Positions 63,166 through 64,000 of a stretch of 64,000 nt of DNA are shown one piece after another; the first letter of the stretch is position 1, and every line of letters starts with the position of its first letter. The notes under the pieces were generated by a model. The model saw nothing but the letters and a program-made list of their open reading frames with translations. It searched no databases and was not told where the DNA came from. Origin of the DNA: Dictyostelium discoideum (taxonomy: Eukaryota); assembly GCA_000004695.1 (NCBI GenBank), contig CM000151.3, forward strand, positions 1,024,001 through 1,088,000, given 5' to 3'. Both the position numbers and the translations under genes were made by a program.

Positions 63166-63954
63166 ACTCAACAACAAACCCAACAAAATAACCAAGATAA
63201 AGAATATCAAGAATTTTTACAATATAAAGCTCAACAACAACAACAAAATAACTATCAACAAACTCAAAATGATTTAATTGAAAAATTAAATGAAATTCAA
63301 CAAGAACAACAACAAACTCAACCACCACAACAACAACAACAACAAACTCAACCTCCACAACAAAAATTACAAGATGAAATTAAAAATTTATCAGAAAAAG
63401 AACAAATTGGATTTTTAGTTAAAAAGGTTGATTCATTAGTTGAAGCAATTCATTCATTACATGTAATTTTAGATGATCCAGATTATAAAAAGAGTTTTGA
63501 TGGTTTAAGAGATCAAGTTAATGTAATTAGTCAAGCATTAGTTTCATTATCACAAGGTTCACTTAAAGTTAAAGATTTTGAAAGTTTCCGTTCAACTTAT
63601 GATCAAAAGCAATCACAATTCATTAAAGACTTTTATGATTTCAAATCAACAATGCAAGATCTTAAAGCAACCATCAACAATAGATTCAATAATCAAGATA
63701 ATGACGTCACCAAATCAATTGAATCAGTTAATATGAATTTAAATTCTTTAAGAAAATTAGTTGAAGCTTCAACTAGAGATACTCAAAAAATCTCTTCCAT
63801 CTTAAATTCAAACGCTGATGAATTGGCAAACACAATTCAAAAACATAGTTCATTTGGTTTTTGGACTTACTTTTTATTCGTTCAAGCTATCTTTATCTTT
63901 GGTTTTGTTTTTTGGAGAAAATATAAAGATGATAATAATAAAAAATTAATTTAA
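62145..63954 (+). CDS. L-type (legume-like) lectin cargo receptor, ERGIC-53/VIP36-like, type I membrane protein, 2 exons
   Basis: Exon 1 62145..62597 (signal peptide; ...FDTFDNDQN|GTAAGT). Intron 62598..62697. Exon 2 62698..63954 (GDHPLISVFYNDG...). L-type lectin motifs (GADGIALWLVD; GLAIIFDTFDND). Long poly-Q coiled-coil stalk, one TM helix, C-terminal KKLI (KKxx-type ER retrieval). Confidence 0.85.
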
Positions 63955-64000
63955 AAAAAATAAAATAAAATAAATAAATAAAAAAAATAAAATAAAAATT

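Noticed and set aside
63005-63358. 117-aa minus-strand ORF of poly-Val/Phe
   Set aside because: It is the antisense of the (CAA)n poly-Q stalk of the lectin gene.

Overview
The window is nuclear DNA from a dictyostelid social amoeba (Dictyostelium discoideum-like), not a prokaryote. The evidence is the very low GC content, long poly-A/T tracts, poly-N/Q/S-rich coding, short AT-rich introns with GTAAGT/GTAAAT...AG boundaries, and tiny first exons. The operon, CRISPR and terminator frames therefore do not apply. The provided ORF track opens ORFs at TTG/GTG as well as ATG, so several listed 'M' starts are artefacts.

I resolve about 27 protein-coding genes, most with 0-3 short introns. Well-supported enzymes:
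- PEPCK-GTP. Its 5' exon is the separate 89-aa ORF at 36796..37065.
- Mitochondrial-type glutamyl-tRNA synthetase.
- 3-methylcrotonyl-CoA carboxylase beta subunit.
- Type I L-asparaginase (2 exons).
- An APC-family amino-acid permease (2 exons).
- A mitochondrial carrier of the folate/FAD/NAD subfamily.
- An ERGIC-53-like L-type lectin (2 exons).
- A Cid1/GLD2-type nucleotidyltransferase.
- An alpha/beta hydrolase.
- Two paralogous GSTs, each with an intron at the same position carrying a microsatellite.
- An alkaline-phosphatase-superfamily membrane protein, probably a GPI ethanolamine-phosphate transferase.

Features of most interest:
1. A bacterial-type peptidase S13 (PBP4/DacB-like D-Ala-D-Ala carboxypeptidase) with intact SxxK, SxN and KTG motifs behind a eukaryotic signal peptide, which is a likely horizontal-transfer gene.
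2. A tandem pair of minimal PARP-fold (H-Y-Q) ADP-ribosyltransferase-like genes, each carrying a different 1-bp frameshift relative to the other.
3. A 2.2-kb gene-free block at 40.2-42.3 kb holding three copies (two direct, one inverted) of a ~350-bp GC-richer repeat. The copies are interleaved with TIR-like palindromes.
4. Four dispersed members of the small Ser/Gly/Cys-rich hssA/2C/7E-like family, each with a 10-13-nt first exon that the ORF track misses.
5. Several small GC-rich islands in otherwise ~15% GC intergenic DNA that could be ncRNAs or regulatory elements.

All splice coordinates were derived by hand and may be off by 1-2 nt.
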